A stretch of 45,820 nucleotides of DNA from a virus (Duplodnaviria; Caudoviricetes): positions 1 to 45,820 of IMG/VR virus record IMGVR_UViG_3300033067_002195. The stretch is one strand, 5' to 3'. Below are positions 15,529 to 24,618 of this stretch, in pieces (position 1 is the stretch's first letter; the number at the start of each line of letters is the position of its first letter). The notes under the pieces were generated by a model. The model did not search any database and was not told where the DNA came from. It was given only the letters and a program-made list of their open reading frames with translations. The translations under genes were made by a program, and so were the position numbers.

Positions 15529-16464
15529 TTAGATTGTAATTACTTTTGGCTTGAAAGCAATGACCACCTTATCCCAGCTCCTTGAGCAGTGGACCAGATA
15601 CTCAGCATCTTTTTCAAGGAACTTCATATCTGTAAGGTCTATTAGTTTATAAGTACCATCTTCTTTGCTGGTGTGGAGTATGTAGGTTTTTTTCGGCCGT
15701 ACATTAAAAGTCTTCTTAATCATCCTCTGGTAGAATCCTCTGACCTGGTAGGCATAGGCTGGTTTCTTGCCTTGGTTTGATGTCTTAAGGTCTACGAAGC
15801 CGAGGTAGGGATTATATTTGATTTTGTAAGAATCTTTCATCCAGATTTTGTAAGAATCTTTCATCCAGTTTGGTTCTAGTTCTAAGGAAGATTTCCTTAC
15901 TTTAGTAGGATTCGGAAACACCCCCAAATCATCAATGCACCCCCCCACCTTTAGTTCATCGTCTACTAAGGCTAGTTCACAAGCGACCGGTATATACCCT
16001 GTCTCCTTCAGAAACCGTTTTATAGCCCTACAGCCGGAGATTACTTCGGGATCTGCGTTTTGTGGTAAGGGGTAGCTTTCTATTGCTAAATCAGTCTGTT
16101 CTATTGCGCCGGAGTTAATCCAGTGCCTAAACCATTCTTCCCTCCACGCATGCACCTGCGTACCAATATCCCCTGCGCCTTTAAATTCTCCCTCCGGGGC
16201 GAGTTTTGCTTTTAATATATATTCAGGTAAATTAGTGACATGAATGTCACTAAAATTATTCTGAATATATTCCAACCCCTTATTCATCTTCCAGTTAGCC
16301 AAAGAAGGATCTTTAATAAACCCTGTAAAATAAGTTACAGACTTGTACTGTTCATTAGTTACTGGAGATACATAATTGTGCCCCTTGTCGTTGTGAGCTG
16401 TGGTAACTTTAGGTGCTGAAGCAAAAATTGCCCTATATTTTTTAACTGTGTTTTCTAAATTCAT
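15529..16464 (-). CDS. PD-(D/E)XK exonuclease-like protein
   Basis: SVT, GTQVH, E, GGCIDD, VDLKTS, YQ motifs. Confidence 0.8.
   Translation of the reverse strand: MNLENTVKKYRAIFASAPKVTTAHNDKGHNYVSPVTNEQYKSVTYFTGFIKDPSLANWKMNKGLEYIQNNFSDIHVTNLPEYILKAKLAPEGEFKGAGDIGTQVHAWREEWFRHWINSGAIEQTDLAIESYPLPQNADPEVISGCRAIKRFLKETGYIPVACELALVDDELKVGGCIDDLGVFPNPTKVRKSSLELEPNWMKDSYKIWMKDSYKIKYNPYLGFVDLKTSNQGKKPAYAYQVRGFYQRMIKKTFNVRPKKTYILHTSKEDGTYKLIDLTDMKFLEKDAEYLVHCSRSWDKVVIAFKPKVITI
15820..15868. repeat. exact in-frame 24-bp tandem duplication
   Basis: gattttgtaagaatctttcatcca x2 (WMKDSYKI x2). Confidence 0.95.
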
Positions 16465-16582
16465 ATTGTTTTAATTTGTCTTTATGTGCCATAAACGCAC
16501 AGTGAGTGCATATATAGTAATCGTCAGCTTTAGCTAGTAGGTGCTGACACTCCGGACACTTTAGCTTTTCTCCAGTATACAT
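16442..16582 (-). CDS. Zn-ribbon microprotein (46 aa)
   Basis: Hand-translated MYTGEKLKCPECQHLL...YICTHC. Confidence 0.65.
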   Translation of the reverse strand: MYTGEKLKCPECQHLLAKADDYYICTHCAFMAHKDKLKQYEFRKHS

Positions 16583-16908
16583 ATAATTTATTTGGTTTAA
16601 TTATTCCATCTACCTGATCACCGTCTATATGTTGGATTATTTTAAACCTCATCAAGTCTTTAATCATACACGATTTAGACTTTTGCTTTATTTTTAGTTT
16701 CATAACATTGATTATTTTCTCGCAGTGAGGGGCGCATACCGGATACGGCTAGTCAATTCAGTATTCAAGGAGCGACCAAGAATAGTAACAGCGTTCCCCT
16801 CTGTAAGAAAACAATATTTACTCCGCTATATCCACCTTCTAAAAAAATTTAGGAGGTGGGGTAGAGGGCTAAATATAATTTTATTAAATATAGTTTTATT
16901 AAATATAG

Positions 16909-17370
16909 TTAAATACCAGAATCTTCAACCATATCCTCAGCACTAGCACCCATAAAATCTGGATCTTGTTCGTCCCACATAAAAACCTCAAAGACTTTAA
17001 ACGCTGCAAATCCAGGTTTTTTAGATGGCTTAGCTTCTTTAAACCTAACACCAACTTTTTGTCCAAGTTTTGCTTTTTTAAACAATCCGTCTACCACATC
17101 TTTACCACCAATTAAAGTGTAATAATCACCGGCATCTATATTAACAGCGGGTTCATCTACTTTTACAACCTTGTTACCATTTTCATCAGTTGTGGTTTTA
17201 GCAGTATGAAATTGTCCCAAAATACCTTTTATTTCGTAAACAGGTGTAGGACCACTTTCAAAATCCACAATTTTTTTATTATTATAGTAACCAATTACAT
17301 AATCACCAACTTTAGCAAATGCTATGCGGCTAGGCTTAACTTCCCTAGCTCCTTCAAATGGATCTGACAT
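16909..17370 (-). CDS. putative single-stranded DNA-binding protein
   Basis: Beta-rich aromatic/basic core, acidic C-terminal tail, located upstream of the exonuclease. Confidence 0.6.
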   Translation of the reverse strand: MSDPFEGAREVKPSRIAFAKVGDYVIGYYNNKKIVDFESGPTPVYEIKGILGQFHTAKTTTDENGNKVVKVDEPAVNIDAGDYYTLIGGKDVVDGLFKKAKLGQKVGVRFKEAKPSKKPGFAAFKVFEVFMWDEQDPDFMGASAEDMVEDSGI

Positions 17371-17503
17371 ATTTATTATTTTTCCCCTGCCTTGGCAGGA
17401 TTATTATTATATTAATTGCTTACCCTCAAGCCCTAAGAGGGGTAGGGCTATAAGGGGAAAAGTCTGTGGCTCTTGAGTAAAACTCAAGGATAAACAATCA
17501 ATA

Positions 17504-17632
17504 TTACTTATTGATAAAATTTTGAATATACTGTTCTATTAACTGTTGAAAGCTTAAGTCTAAATCTACCAGCTTCTTTTTCAAAGCTTTGTAAGTTTTA
17601 ACATCAAGTCTGACGGGTATAGTTTTTTTCAT
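17504..17632 (-). CDS. ribbon-helix-helix transcriptional regulator (42 aa)
   Basis: Hand-translated MKKTIPVRLDVKTYKALKKKLVDLDLSFQQLIEQYIQNFINK; typical RHH pattern. Confidence 0.8.
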   Translation of the reverse strand: MKKTIPVRLDVKTYKALKKKLVDLDLSFQQLIEQYIQNFINK

Positions 17633-17640
17633 ATATAATA

Positions 17641-17669
17641 ATACTAATATTTTGATACCAAAGTGTCAA
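17641..17669 (-). promoter_or_regulatory. sigma70-type promoter of replication operon (near-leaderless)
   Basis: TTGACA, 17 bp, TAGTAT, 8 nt before ATG; spacer contains the palindrome tttg-gtat-caaa. Confidence 0.75.
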
Positions 17670-17750
17670 ATGCTTATATTTATTTAACATATAAATGTTT
17701 AAAAAAAGTTTTCCACAATTTAAAATGAAATAATTAAAATCAAATTTAAA

Positions 17751-17771
17751 GGGCGGTTGGAAGTCCCGCCC
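17751..17771 (-). terminator. terminator-like hairpin ending late operon
   Basis: - strand gggcgg-loop-ccgccc followed by tttaaattt. Confidence 0.55.
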
Positions 17772-17777
17772 ATAGGT

Positions 17778-18032
17778 TTAGGTTAGCGTGATGTGAGCTT
17801 GCTTGCAGAAAGCAACATCAAACGAGCTCGGCTTGGCCACCGACACAGGGTCAGGCGGCATCATCTTTACCATGTCCTCAAACGGAACCATACACTCGCA
17901 CTCCTTGCCGCAGTCGCACTTCCAACGGAAGTACATGTTATAGCCCGAGGCTATGTGCGGTTTTGCGCAGTCGGTTTCCCGCTGGCAGTGGTTGCAAGTG
18001 AAGTTAATCGTACGAAAGTTGAACGTTGACAT
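17778..18032 (-). CDS. Cys-rich Zn-binding protein
   Basis: CNHC...CDCG; AGGAG upstream of ATG 18032; GC-richer than surroundings. Confidence 0.65.
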   Translation of the reverse strand: MSTFNFRTINFTCNHCQRETDCAKPHIASGYNMYFRWKCDCGKECECMVPFEDMVKMMPPDPVSVAKPSSFDVAFCKQAHITLT

Positions 18033-18177
18033 GTTCTCTCTCCTGCCTGGCAATTCGGGCGGTTACATGTTCGGGCGCAAGGCAAATCCACACAAGCATT
18101 CCATGGTGTGTTTCGGCTTTTTGCACGGTTTCTTTCTCGCAGTGGTAGCAGTATTTTTTTGCTAGACCTAACATCAT
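18004..18177 (-). CDS. small Zn-finger protein
   Basis: CYHC...C....H; AAGGAGG directly upstream. Confidence 0.6.
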   Translation of the reverse strand: MMLGLAKKYCYHCEKETVQKAETHHGMLVWICLAPEHVTARIARQEREHVNVQLSYD

Positions 18178-18278
18178 TCCTCCTTGACAAAGGGAGCAAG
18201 CTACCCGCTTAGATATGACCGAGTGCTTTCTCCCAAACTCAAAGAGTAGTAACACCTTGCCGTTATACGTACAAGGTC

Positions 18279-18539
18279 TTACTGGATTTGATGATTTGTA
18301 ACCCACCTTCTGGCTATTTCTATTAGCATTGTTACAAAAGGAACTATAAATGGCTTATAGGCTCCAAATTCCCAGCCTGCTAGATGAGCTGAAACATAAT
18401 CAGCTAAAGCGGTTATCGCCCCACCCAAAGCCAGCATTAAACCCATGCGTAAGGTTTTTTTCCAGTCTACCGCTGAAAGCTCTCCAGGCGTAGACTTGGA
18501 CGGCTCAGAGTAAAAAAAGAACTCAAGTATTTTATTCAT
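18279..18539 (-). CDS. putative holin
   Basis: Two hydrophobic segments, basic C-terminus, downstream of peptidase. Confidence 0.65.
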   Translation of the reverse strand: MNKILEFFFYSEPSKSTPGELSAVDWKKTLRMGLMLALGGAITALADYVSAHLAGWEFGAYKPFIVPFVTMLIEIARRWVTNHQIQ

Positions 18540-18667
18540 TTTTGAATATAATTAATTAATAAATAAATCCAATCAACCATCTTCCACAAAACTAAACCAG
18601 TCAAAACAGCTCCTAGCAAAGCTAGGATATTATCTAAATAGTTCCACCAGTCTTTTATAGGTTTCAT
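18536..18667 (-). CDS. small membrane protein (43 aa) in lysis module
   Basis: Hand-translated MKPIKDWWNYLDNILALLGAVLTGLVLW...; overlaps both neighbours' start/stop codons. Confidence 0.6.
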   Translation of the reverse strand: MKPIKDWWNYLDNILALLGAVLTGLVLWKMVDWIYLLINYIQK

Positions 18668-19566
18668 TAGAATGGTTTTTTAGTTGGTAAAGTTGTTATA
18701 CCCTCTTTAATTGTGTAGTCAGAATCAAAAGTATTAAAAGTATTTTTAAACTTATTCAGTCTGTCCATACTGTCTAACTTAGCCATAAACCACACCTCAG
18801 GACTGTCATTCCATTTTACGAATCCAGCATCCAATGTTTTAGGAGTAACTATTCCTTTCATTGCTGCCAAAATATCAGGATAATTAACTTGTCTGAAAAA
18901 ATCAGGGTAAGAATCTAAATAATTAACCAGCTGACCTGGTGAAAAAATTCCACAAACAGCGTGATTTGGATTAGCCCTAATTATTTGTACAGGGGCGTGT
19001 TTTAAGTGAAAATCAATATTTGGGTCAGTAATTTGCAAAAACTCGTACTGGAAGTCAAAATCCTTAAGCCATTTTTTACCCTTTTCTATTAATTGAGAAT
19101 ACAAAGGCTCTGGTATGTCTTTGTGGTATTCTTTAAAAGTCCAATTACCCTCAGGAGCTGGGTAATCTTCCTCTAAAACTAATCCGTACTGTCTTACAGC
19201 ATCTGCTACTTTATACATATAGTTACCTATAAGCATTGTTCCTGACATCTTGGCAAGCCAACGTTTTGAGTAATTAATTTGTTTACCTGTAAGAAAATAA
19301 ATCTGAGATTCTATTGAATTAACTAAAGAATGAGATACACAAGCCATAGAATCATTAATATCCACTCCGTTATTAACAAAATTAGAGCTTTGGCGTTCTT
19401 TGTCAAAAGCATATGGTGTCCAATCCCCTGTTTTTAATCTTTCTTTGTAGACAATAGGACTGCTAACTCCCACAACATAATCAGTTTCACGTTGTCCTAA
19501 AATAACACCAGTATTTTCTGGGATTTTAGTTACAAATAAAGATTTCAAAATATCAAGTAAGTTCAT
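18667..19566 (-). CDS. papain-like cysteine peptidase, putative endolysin
   Basis: Q...ACVSHS (Cys), NHAV (His), DSY; flanked by holin-like genes. Confidence 0.7.
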   Translation of the reverse strand: MNLLDILKSLFVTKIPENTGVILGQRETDYVVGVSSPIVYKERLKTGDWTPYAFDKERQSSNFVNNGVDINDSMACVSHSLVNSIESQIYFLTGKQINYSKRWLAKMSGTMLIGNYMYKVADAVRQYGLVLEEDYPAPEGNWTFKEYHKDIPEPLYSQLIEKGKKWLKDFDFQYEFLQITDPNIDFHLKHAPVQIIRANPNHAVCGIFSPGQLVNYLDSYPDFFRQVNYPDILAAMKGIVTPKTLDAGFVKWNDSPEVWFMAKLDSMDRLNKFKNTFNTFDSDYTIKEGITTLPTKKPF

Positions 19567-19901
19567 AAATTTAATTTGCTATACAAAAATTTAATTAACA
19601 TCTCCCCTATTAATCCACCAGCAAAAGCAATGGCGATTAATTTCCAACGTAAATCCCAAAGGTCGTTAGTTTTTTTCCTAACCTCCAAGAGATTAAGTTC
19701 TTCTAGTTCAGAAACTTTTTTTAAAACACCCCCCTCGTTAGCTACACCCATAACAGCAATTTTTACCATATCAAATTCACTTCTTGGAACAAAAGTATGA
19801 CTTAAGTTTTCTAGGCTTAATGACATCTTCTCTACCGCTTTAGTAAGGTAGTCAAGTTTTTCCTCTAAACGAGCAATTTTTATATCTGAATTTTCTGGCA
19901 T
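19563..19901 (-). CDS. coiled-coil protein with C-terminal TM (XhlA/holin-like)
   Basis: IARLEEK coiled coil and LIAIAFAGGLIG. Confidence 0.65.
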   Translation of the reverse strand: MPENSDIKIARLEEKLDYLTKAVEKMSLSLENLSHTFVPRSEFDMVKIAVMGVANEGGVLKKVSELEELNLLEVRKKTNDLWDLRWKLIAIAFAGGLIGEMLIKFLYSKLNL

Positions 19902-21721
19902 TAGTCAAAATTTAATAATGGTGGTTTAATAGTTGTGCCTGCTACTGGTTCAGTTTCTTCCGCAGCCCAACTCATAAAAGTACCTGGGGAGCTTTGGTTA
20001 TTATATTCAGTTTTAAACCATGAGTCTGACCTTGCGGAATTAGACATTCTAACTTCGTCGTACTTTGCGTCAGCCCCATAAATATTTGAGTTGTTCATTG
20101 TGCCGAAAACAAAAGGTGCGTCGTCTAAATTGCTGTAGGGGTCTGTATCAGTCAACTCTATAGTACCGTTAATATATATTTTTACTGTTGTACCTGATTT
20201 GGTAAGTCCTAAGTGATACCACTGTCCGGTTGCTAAACTACTCGGTGTATTATTACCAAGCACGCCCTCTTGGTTGGTCAAAGAAAATAACTTTCCATCA
20301 TCTCGCATACCCAACAAAAAATAAGAGTACGGATAGCTATTATCCCTTACCCTGCCGAAAATTTGTTGTTTGTTTGCGTCTGTCGGAGAAAATATACTAT
20401 TTAAATAAACCCAACCCTCAATGCTCTGCGCACCATTACCCATTCCACTAGGAGAGGTTGAACTTGCAATTAAAGTAGAATACTGGCCGTTTTTATGATT
20501 GTAAAAAGCATTACCGATTTGTCCAGTTACTGAACTTTGCGTTCCGCCACTGCCTTGCACACCCAAATGTTTAGCGTTGCTGGTACTGTCTTTTAAAGGC
20601 GGGAAAGTGCCTGCCGGGTCTTCTTTTAAGTGCCAGACGCCTTTATAATTAGAATCCCATACTGCGGTAGCGTTTTGTTGGTCGCTTGCACCACTATTCC
20701 CATAGTAAACATAATAAGTCGTGTTGGTAGAAGTAGAAAGAGCCGTAGCGCCACTGCTAACCCACAAAATAGTTTCACCTGTAGTTGAGTTGTAGGTTTC
20801 AATTTCATGGTTAAGTTTAGTTGTACCGTCAGAAGCGGTAACTAAAATATCCGTTCCATCATTCTTGCCGACGTGTCCACCGCTGCCTGTAAACTTTAAA
20901 TTCGGAGTAGTAGTAGAAATCATTATAGGGAAATTGGTAATAGCAGTAGTAGTAGCTATCTTAGTGTAATCAACTGTAATTGCCATTCTATACCCCCAGC
21001 CTGCACTGCCGTACCAAGGGTCAAGACTACCAAAGCCGCCATTATGGCCTTTTGCGGTTATGTAGAATTTTTTTCTAGCATCCCCTTTTAGCTTTCCTTT
21101 TTCATCCTTACCAAAAGTCAGCAAAGCTCTAAAATACTTGGTCTGCCCCGAAGGAATCCAATAAGTAATTTGGTCTTTTGCTTTTATGTAGTCAGGGGCT
21201 TTTTTAAAAGCGTTTTTTTGTAAATCCTCAACCACCTGCTTAGTTATAGTCCCCCATTCATCTCTGTACCTGGTTTCTTTGTGTGAGCCAATTTTCTCAT
21301 AGTAACAATTACCTATTACTGAGTTAGGAATCTTTTTGCAAGTTTGCTCTTTAGCGTAGTCATCTACATCTACCTCGTAAGCGATGTGAGGTTTAAATTC
21401 TTGTATGGTGTCGCAACGCCCGCCGCCGTCAAACAAACATTGAATCTTAGTGTCTTGGTCGTCAGGGGAGATATTTTTAACCGCAAAATAGAGCGTGTCC
21501 GAATCCCAGCCTATATAATCTGATTTGTCGGTTTTTATTATTAAGTTCTCATTAGTGTTGTCGTCAGTATAGGTAAAGGTAATCTGTTTATTTTCAAAAG
21601 TTATCGGCGCTATGTCAGTGTTGTTTGGGTCTATTGGTTTTCCATTTTCTACAATAAAAAGACCGCCTGCCATTGCAACAGGAACTAAAAATCCTAGGAG
21701 TTTTTTCCAGTGTTTTATCAT
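19901..21721 (-). CDS. DUF2341 + LamG/ConA-like lectin protein with hydrophobic N-terminus
   Basis: DI..T..DG.TKL.HEIE...LWV...YVYYGN (DUF2341); GVWHL, WYHL, DEVRMSN.ARS..W (LamG). Confidence 0.85.
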   Translation of the reverse strand: MIKHWKKLLGFLVPVAMAGGLFIVENGKPIDPNNTDIAPITFENKQITFTYTDDNTNENLIIKTDKSDYIGWDSDTLYFAVKNISPDDQDTKIQCLFDGGGRCDTIQEFKPHIAYEVDVDDYAKEQTCKKIPNSVIGNCYYEKIGSHKETRYRDEWGTITKQVVEDLQKNAFKKAPDYIKAKDQITYWIPSGQTKYFRALLTFGKDEKGKLKGDARKKFYITAKGHNGGFGSLDPWYGSAGWGYRMAITVDYTKIATTTAITNFPIMISTTTPNLKFTGSGGHVGKNDGTDILVTASDGTTKLNHEIETYNSTTGETILWVSSGATALSTSTNTTYYVYYGNSGASDQQNATAVWDSNYKGVWHLKEDPAGTFPPLKDSTSNAKHLGVQGSGGTQSSVTGQIGNAFYNHKNGQYSTLIASSTSPSGMGNGAQSIEGWVYLNSIFSPTDANKQQIFGRVRDNSYPYSYFLLGMRDDGKLFSLTNQEGVLGNNTPSSLATGQWYHLGLTKSGTTVKIYINGTIELTDTDPYSNLDDAPFVFGTMNNSNIYGADAKYDEVRMSNSARSDSWFKTEYNNQSSPGTFMSWAAEETEPVAGTTIKPPLLNFD

Positions 21722-24243
21722 TGGTTAGTCGGATAAGCCTGTATCGTACAACGCAGTCCGTCTGCTGTGGAAAGACTACTACTTGCGACTACAAAATAAC
21801 TTTGGTCTGCGTTTAAGGTAATAGTTGGAGTAGTAGAGGCTCCGCTTGTGCCTGCGCTGATAGAAGTAGAAGAAGCAGCACCATTACCTAACTGAACATT
21901 GACTGTTCCTGTTTCAGTTTGGCAAGCAAGTCTTGTAAGAGTTGTGGCCGTAGGAAACCCCATAAATGAAATAGTTGTAGTGCCACTACCAAAACTCCTA
22001 CCTAAACTGGTAGTTGGGGTAGTAGAGGAAAGCCAAAAAGTTTTAGTCCAGTAAGGCGGTACAGTTCTTTGCGCTGTTCCATCATGGTACTGAATTTGTC
22101 CTGCGGTGGTGTCTAAATAAATCTGCCCAGCAGTAGTAAGAGTTTGAGAGCTAGAAGCCGGAAGCCTTAATTTAGCCGTAGGGTCAATTAAAACTTCGCT
22201 CCCCGCTGTAATTTGTAAAATAGTCGCACCAGAAGAAGACGCTACCTCAAAAGGGTTTCTTCCATTTCCTCCTTGAATGTATAAAGTAGCAAAAGCAGTA
22301 GAGGTATTAACCGCAACATCCGCCCCCCAACTGTTTGGAGAAAGCGTAAGTCCGTACAAGGCCGAAGCTTGGTAATACGGTCTTAAAGTCAATCCCCCGC
22401 TTCTGTCGTCAGTAACCCTTGAACTAACTATGTCAGCTATCGCAATAGGAGAATTTGCATTGGTGGAAGAAGAAATTGAGAAAGTTAAAGCGGGACCAGT
22501 AACGTTAGGAAAAGTAGTTAGAGTGCTTGAGCTGGTAGTTAATCGTATATCTAATACTCCATAAGGTGTTGCGGGTAAAATAGTAGTTCCTGTTTCTCTT
22601 GTAATTCTTGCAACTCCACCAGTTTGATTAGCCCAAACCTCAAAAGCTTTTGTTGGAGAGGTAGTGTTTACACCAACATTCCCTGCCTGGGTAACTCGTA
22701 AGAACGAAGTACCGGAAGAAGAAGACACGTTAAAAGGGTCAAGGGTTGTAGAGCCTTGAACGTTAAATGAAATAGTAGAAGAAGTTGCATTAACCCCGGC
22801 AACTGTGCCGTTGTCATATAAAGCGCCGTTACCTAAAGTAGCAAGACCTGTCCAAGTGGCATTCTTGCCAATCTGAACCTGGCTAGAAGTTGAGATAGTT
22901 CCTGCTCCACCACTACCGCAACTTCCTGCTTGTAAAAGTCCACCTGCCGAAGTACCAAGACAATTTTGAGAAAGAAGCCCTGTAAAATAAGTATTACCCG
23001 AAGCAGTTAAATTGGTAGTTGAAGCGTTGGTAAAAGTTCCTTTAGTAAAAGTCGGAGTATCACTTAACGTTATCTGCGTAGAAGTACCTATTAACACCTG
23101 CTGACCCCCAGTGATACTCAAATTAGAGCTACTAACAGTTAAATTACCTAGAGTTGTAGTACCTATACCGCCGTAAGTTACGGCCAAAGGAGTGGATAAA
23201 GCTAAAGTCAAATCACCACTTAAGTTACCACCACCAGTTAAAGGAGCAGTAGTGTTAATTGTGCGAGAAGTTGTAACAAGCCCGGCAGAGGCAGCCGAAG
23301 ACCAAGTAGGGACAACACCTGCCCCATTAGAAACCAAGAAATCTCCAGCAGTACCAGCCGAAGCGTCTAATAACAATTGTCCGTTAAATCTTAAACTTCC
23401 TGAGACATCTAAAGTCGCAGAATGTGTTCCTGCACTACCCACAGCCAAACTCGTACCATCCCAATTAAAGCCGTTGTTATCACCAATTAACGTTGAGCCG
23501 TTGTAATAAACTAAGTTACCCGAGTTGGTGGTGTTTGTTAAATTAAGCGTTGAGAAAGTAGGGTCAGATGGAAATATAAACGTGTGTGTGTTATCCGAAG
23601 ATTGAATATCAAAAACTGTACCGCTAGATGAAGTGGCAAAGACTTGAGTTGCACCTGTTTGTCCGTTAAGTGATGTTATTGCTGAAGAAAGATAATTAGT
23701 AGTGTCGGTATAGAGAGATCCACTCGATGACCTAACCAGACCTGTGCCTAAGGAAGATATAGTAGTAGAACCGTTAGGGGCTACTCTTAAAAGCATTGTA
23801 CCAGTAGAGGATGAAACATTAAAAGGATTTAAAGCTCCGCTACCCTGAACATTAAAACTAACAGTAGACGAAGTTGCATTAACCCCGGATACAGTTCCGT
23901 TATCCCTTAGAACTCCAGTTGTTATATTAACAGCAGTATTCCAAATAGCAGTAAACCCATTAATTCCAGTACCTGTAACAGTGCCTGAACCTGATACTGC
24001 GGCAAAATCAAAACCCGAACTAGCGGTTGAAGAAGCTCTTAGAAAAGTCCCATCTGAACCTGCGGCTAAAGACTGTAATGTCCCAGTAGCTTTAGTGGGA
24101 TTAGAAACTATAATTCTTTTTACAGGGAAAGTAGATGCTCCTGTTCCACCTTGAGGTACAGTTAAAATAGAGGCAGCATGGGCTATGTTAGTAAAAAACA
24201 GAAAAATTAATAAGGGAACAGAATATTTTAAAAGTTTTTTCAT
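21718..24243 (-). CDS. Ser/Thr/Gly-rich fibre/adhesin-like protein with signal peptide
   Basis: MKKLLKYSVPLLIFLFFTNIAHA signal peptide; GGTG, GNVGVNTTSP and ATSST motifs; three internal PF.V.SS.G repeats. Confidence 0.75.
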   Translation of the reverse strand: MKKLLKYSVPLLIFLFFTNIAHAASILTVPQGGTGASTFPVKRIIVSNPTKATGTLQSLAAGSDGTFLRASSTASSGFDFAAVSGSGTVTGTGINGFTAIWNTAVNITTGVLRDNGTVSGVNATSSTVSFNVQGSGALNPFNVSSSTGTMLLRVAPNGSTTISSLGTGLVRSSSGSLYTDTTNYLSSAITSLNGQTGATQVFATSSSGTVFDIQSSDNTHTFIFPSDPTFSTLNLTNTTNSGNLVYYNGSTLIGDNNGFNWDGTSLAVGSAGTHSATLDVSGSLRFNGQLLLDASAGTAGDFLVSNGAGVVPTWSSAASAGLVTTSRTINTTAPLTGGGNLSGDLTLALSTPLAVTYGGIGTTTLGNLTVSSSNLSITGGQQVLIGTSTQITLSDTPTFTKGTFTNASTTNLTASGNTYFTGLLSQNCLGTSAGGLLQAGSCGSGGAGTISTSSQVQIGKNATWTGLATLGNGALYDNGTVAGVNATSSTISFNVQGSTTLDPFNVSSSSGTSFLRVTQAGNVGVNTTSPTKAFEVWANQTGGVARITRETGTTILPATPYGVLDIRLTTSSSTLTTFPNVTGPALTFSISSSTNANSPIAIADIVSSRVTDDRSGGLTLRPYYQASALYGLTLSPNSWGADVAVNTSTAFATLYIQGGNGRNPFEVASSSGATILQITAGSEVLIDPTAKLRLPASSSQTLTTAGQIYLDTTAGQIQYHDGTAQRTVPPYWTKTFWLSSTTPTTSLGRSFGSGTTTISFMGFPTATTLTRLACQTETGTVNVQLGNGAASSTSISAGTSGASTTPTITLNADQSYFVVASSSLSTADGLRCTIQAYPTNQ

Positions 24244-24249
24244 GTTAAA

Positions 24250-24504
24250 TTAAGTTAAGTACTTATTATAAACCGTGCTCCCTAATTCAGGGGGAGTGGT
24301 AAAAATTGCATTTGTTCCTGATATGGTAACATCCACTCCTCCTGGTATTTGTAAACCAGAGTTCACAATAACCTCCTTAACTGCATGAGCAAATGTAAAC
24401 GAAGCATTAGACCCATCAATCGAACCTGAAATTGGAGCTTCATAATTAGGAGTGCCGGCTATCCCTCCACCAGTGCCACTATTTTTATTAGAAGATAAGA
24501 TCAT
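24250..24504 (-). CDS. small beta-rich virion-associated protein
   Basis: G.IDG.N..FT...NSGLQ....D.TISG...FTTPP motif seen in tail-associated domains. Confidence 0.6.
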   Translation of the reverse strand: MILSSNKNSGTGGGIAGTPNYEAPISGSIDGSNASFTFAHAVKEVIVNSGLQIPGGVDVTISGTNAIFTTPPELGSTVYNKYLT

Positions 24505-24618
24505 ATTATAGAATATATTTATATATTATAACTATTTTAACTGTTAGTAAATTGTGCATAACTTTTTGATTATATCCTGTTATAATTATAATATAGTAAT
24601 AACTTAATTATATATTAT

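Noticed and set aside
16721-16805. tRNA gene
   Set aside because: No T-loop GTTC motif or cloverleaf spacing on either strand.
17420-17460. Pistol ribozyme (AAGCCCTAAG motif)
   Set aside because: The complementary TAGGGC lies downstream as a simple hairpin, not in the upstream loop the pseudoknot requires.
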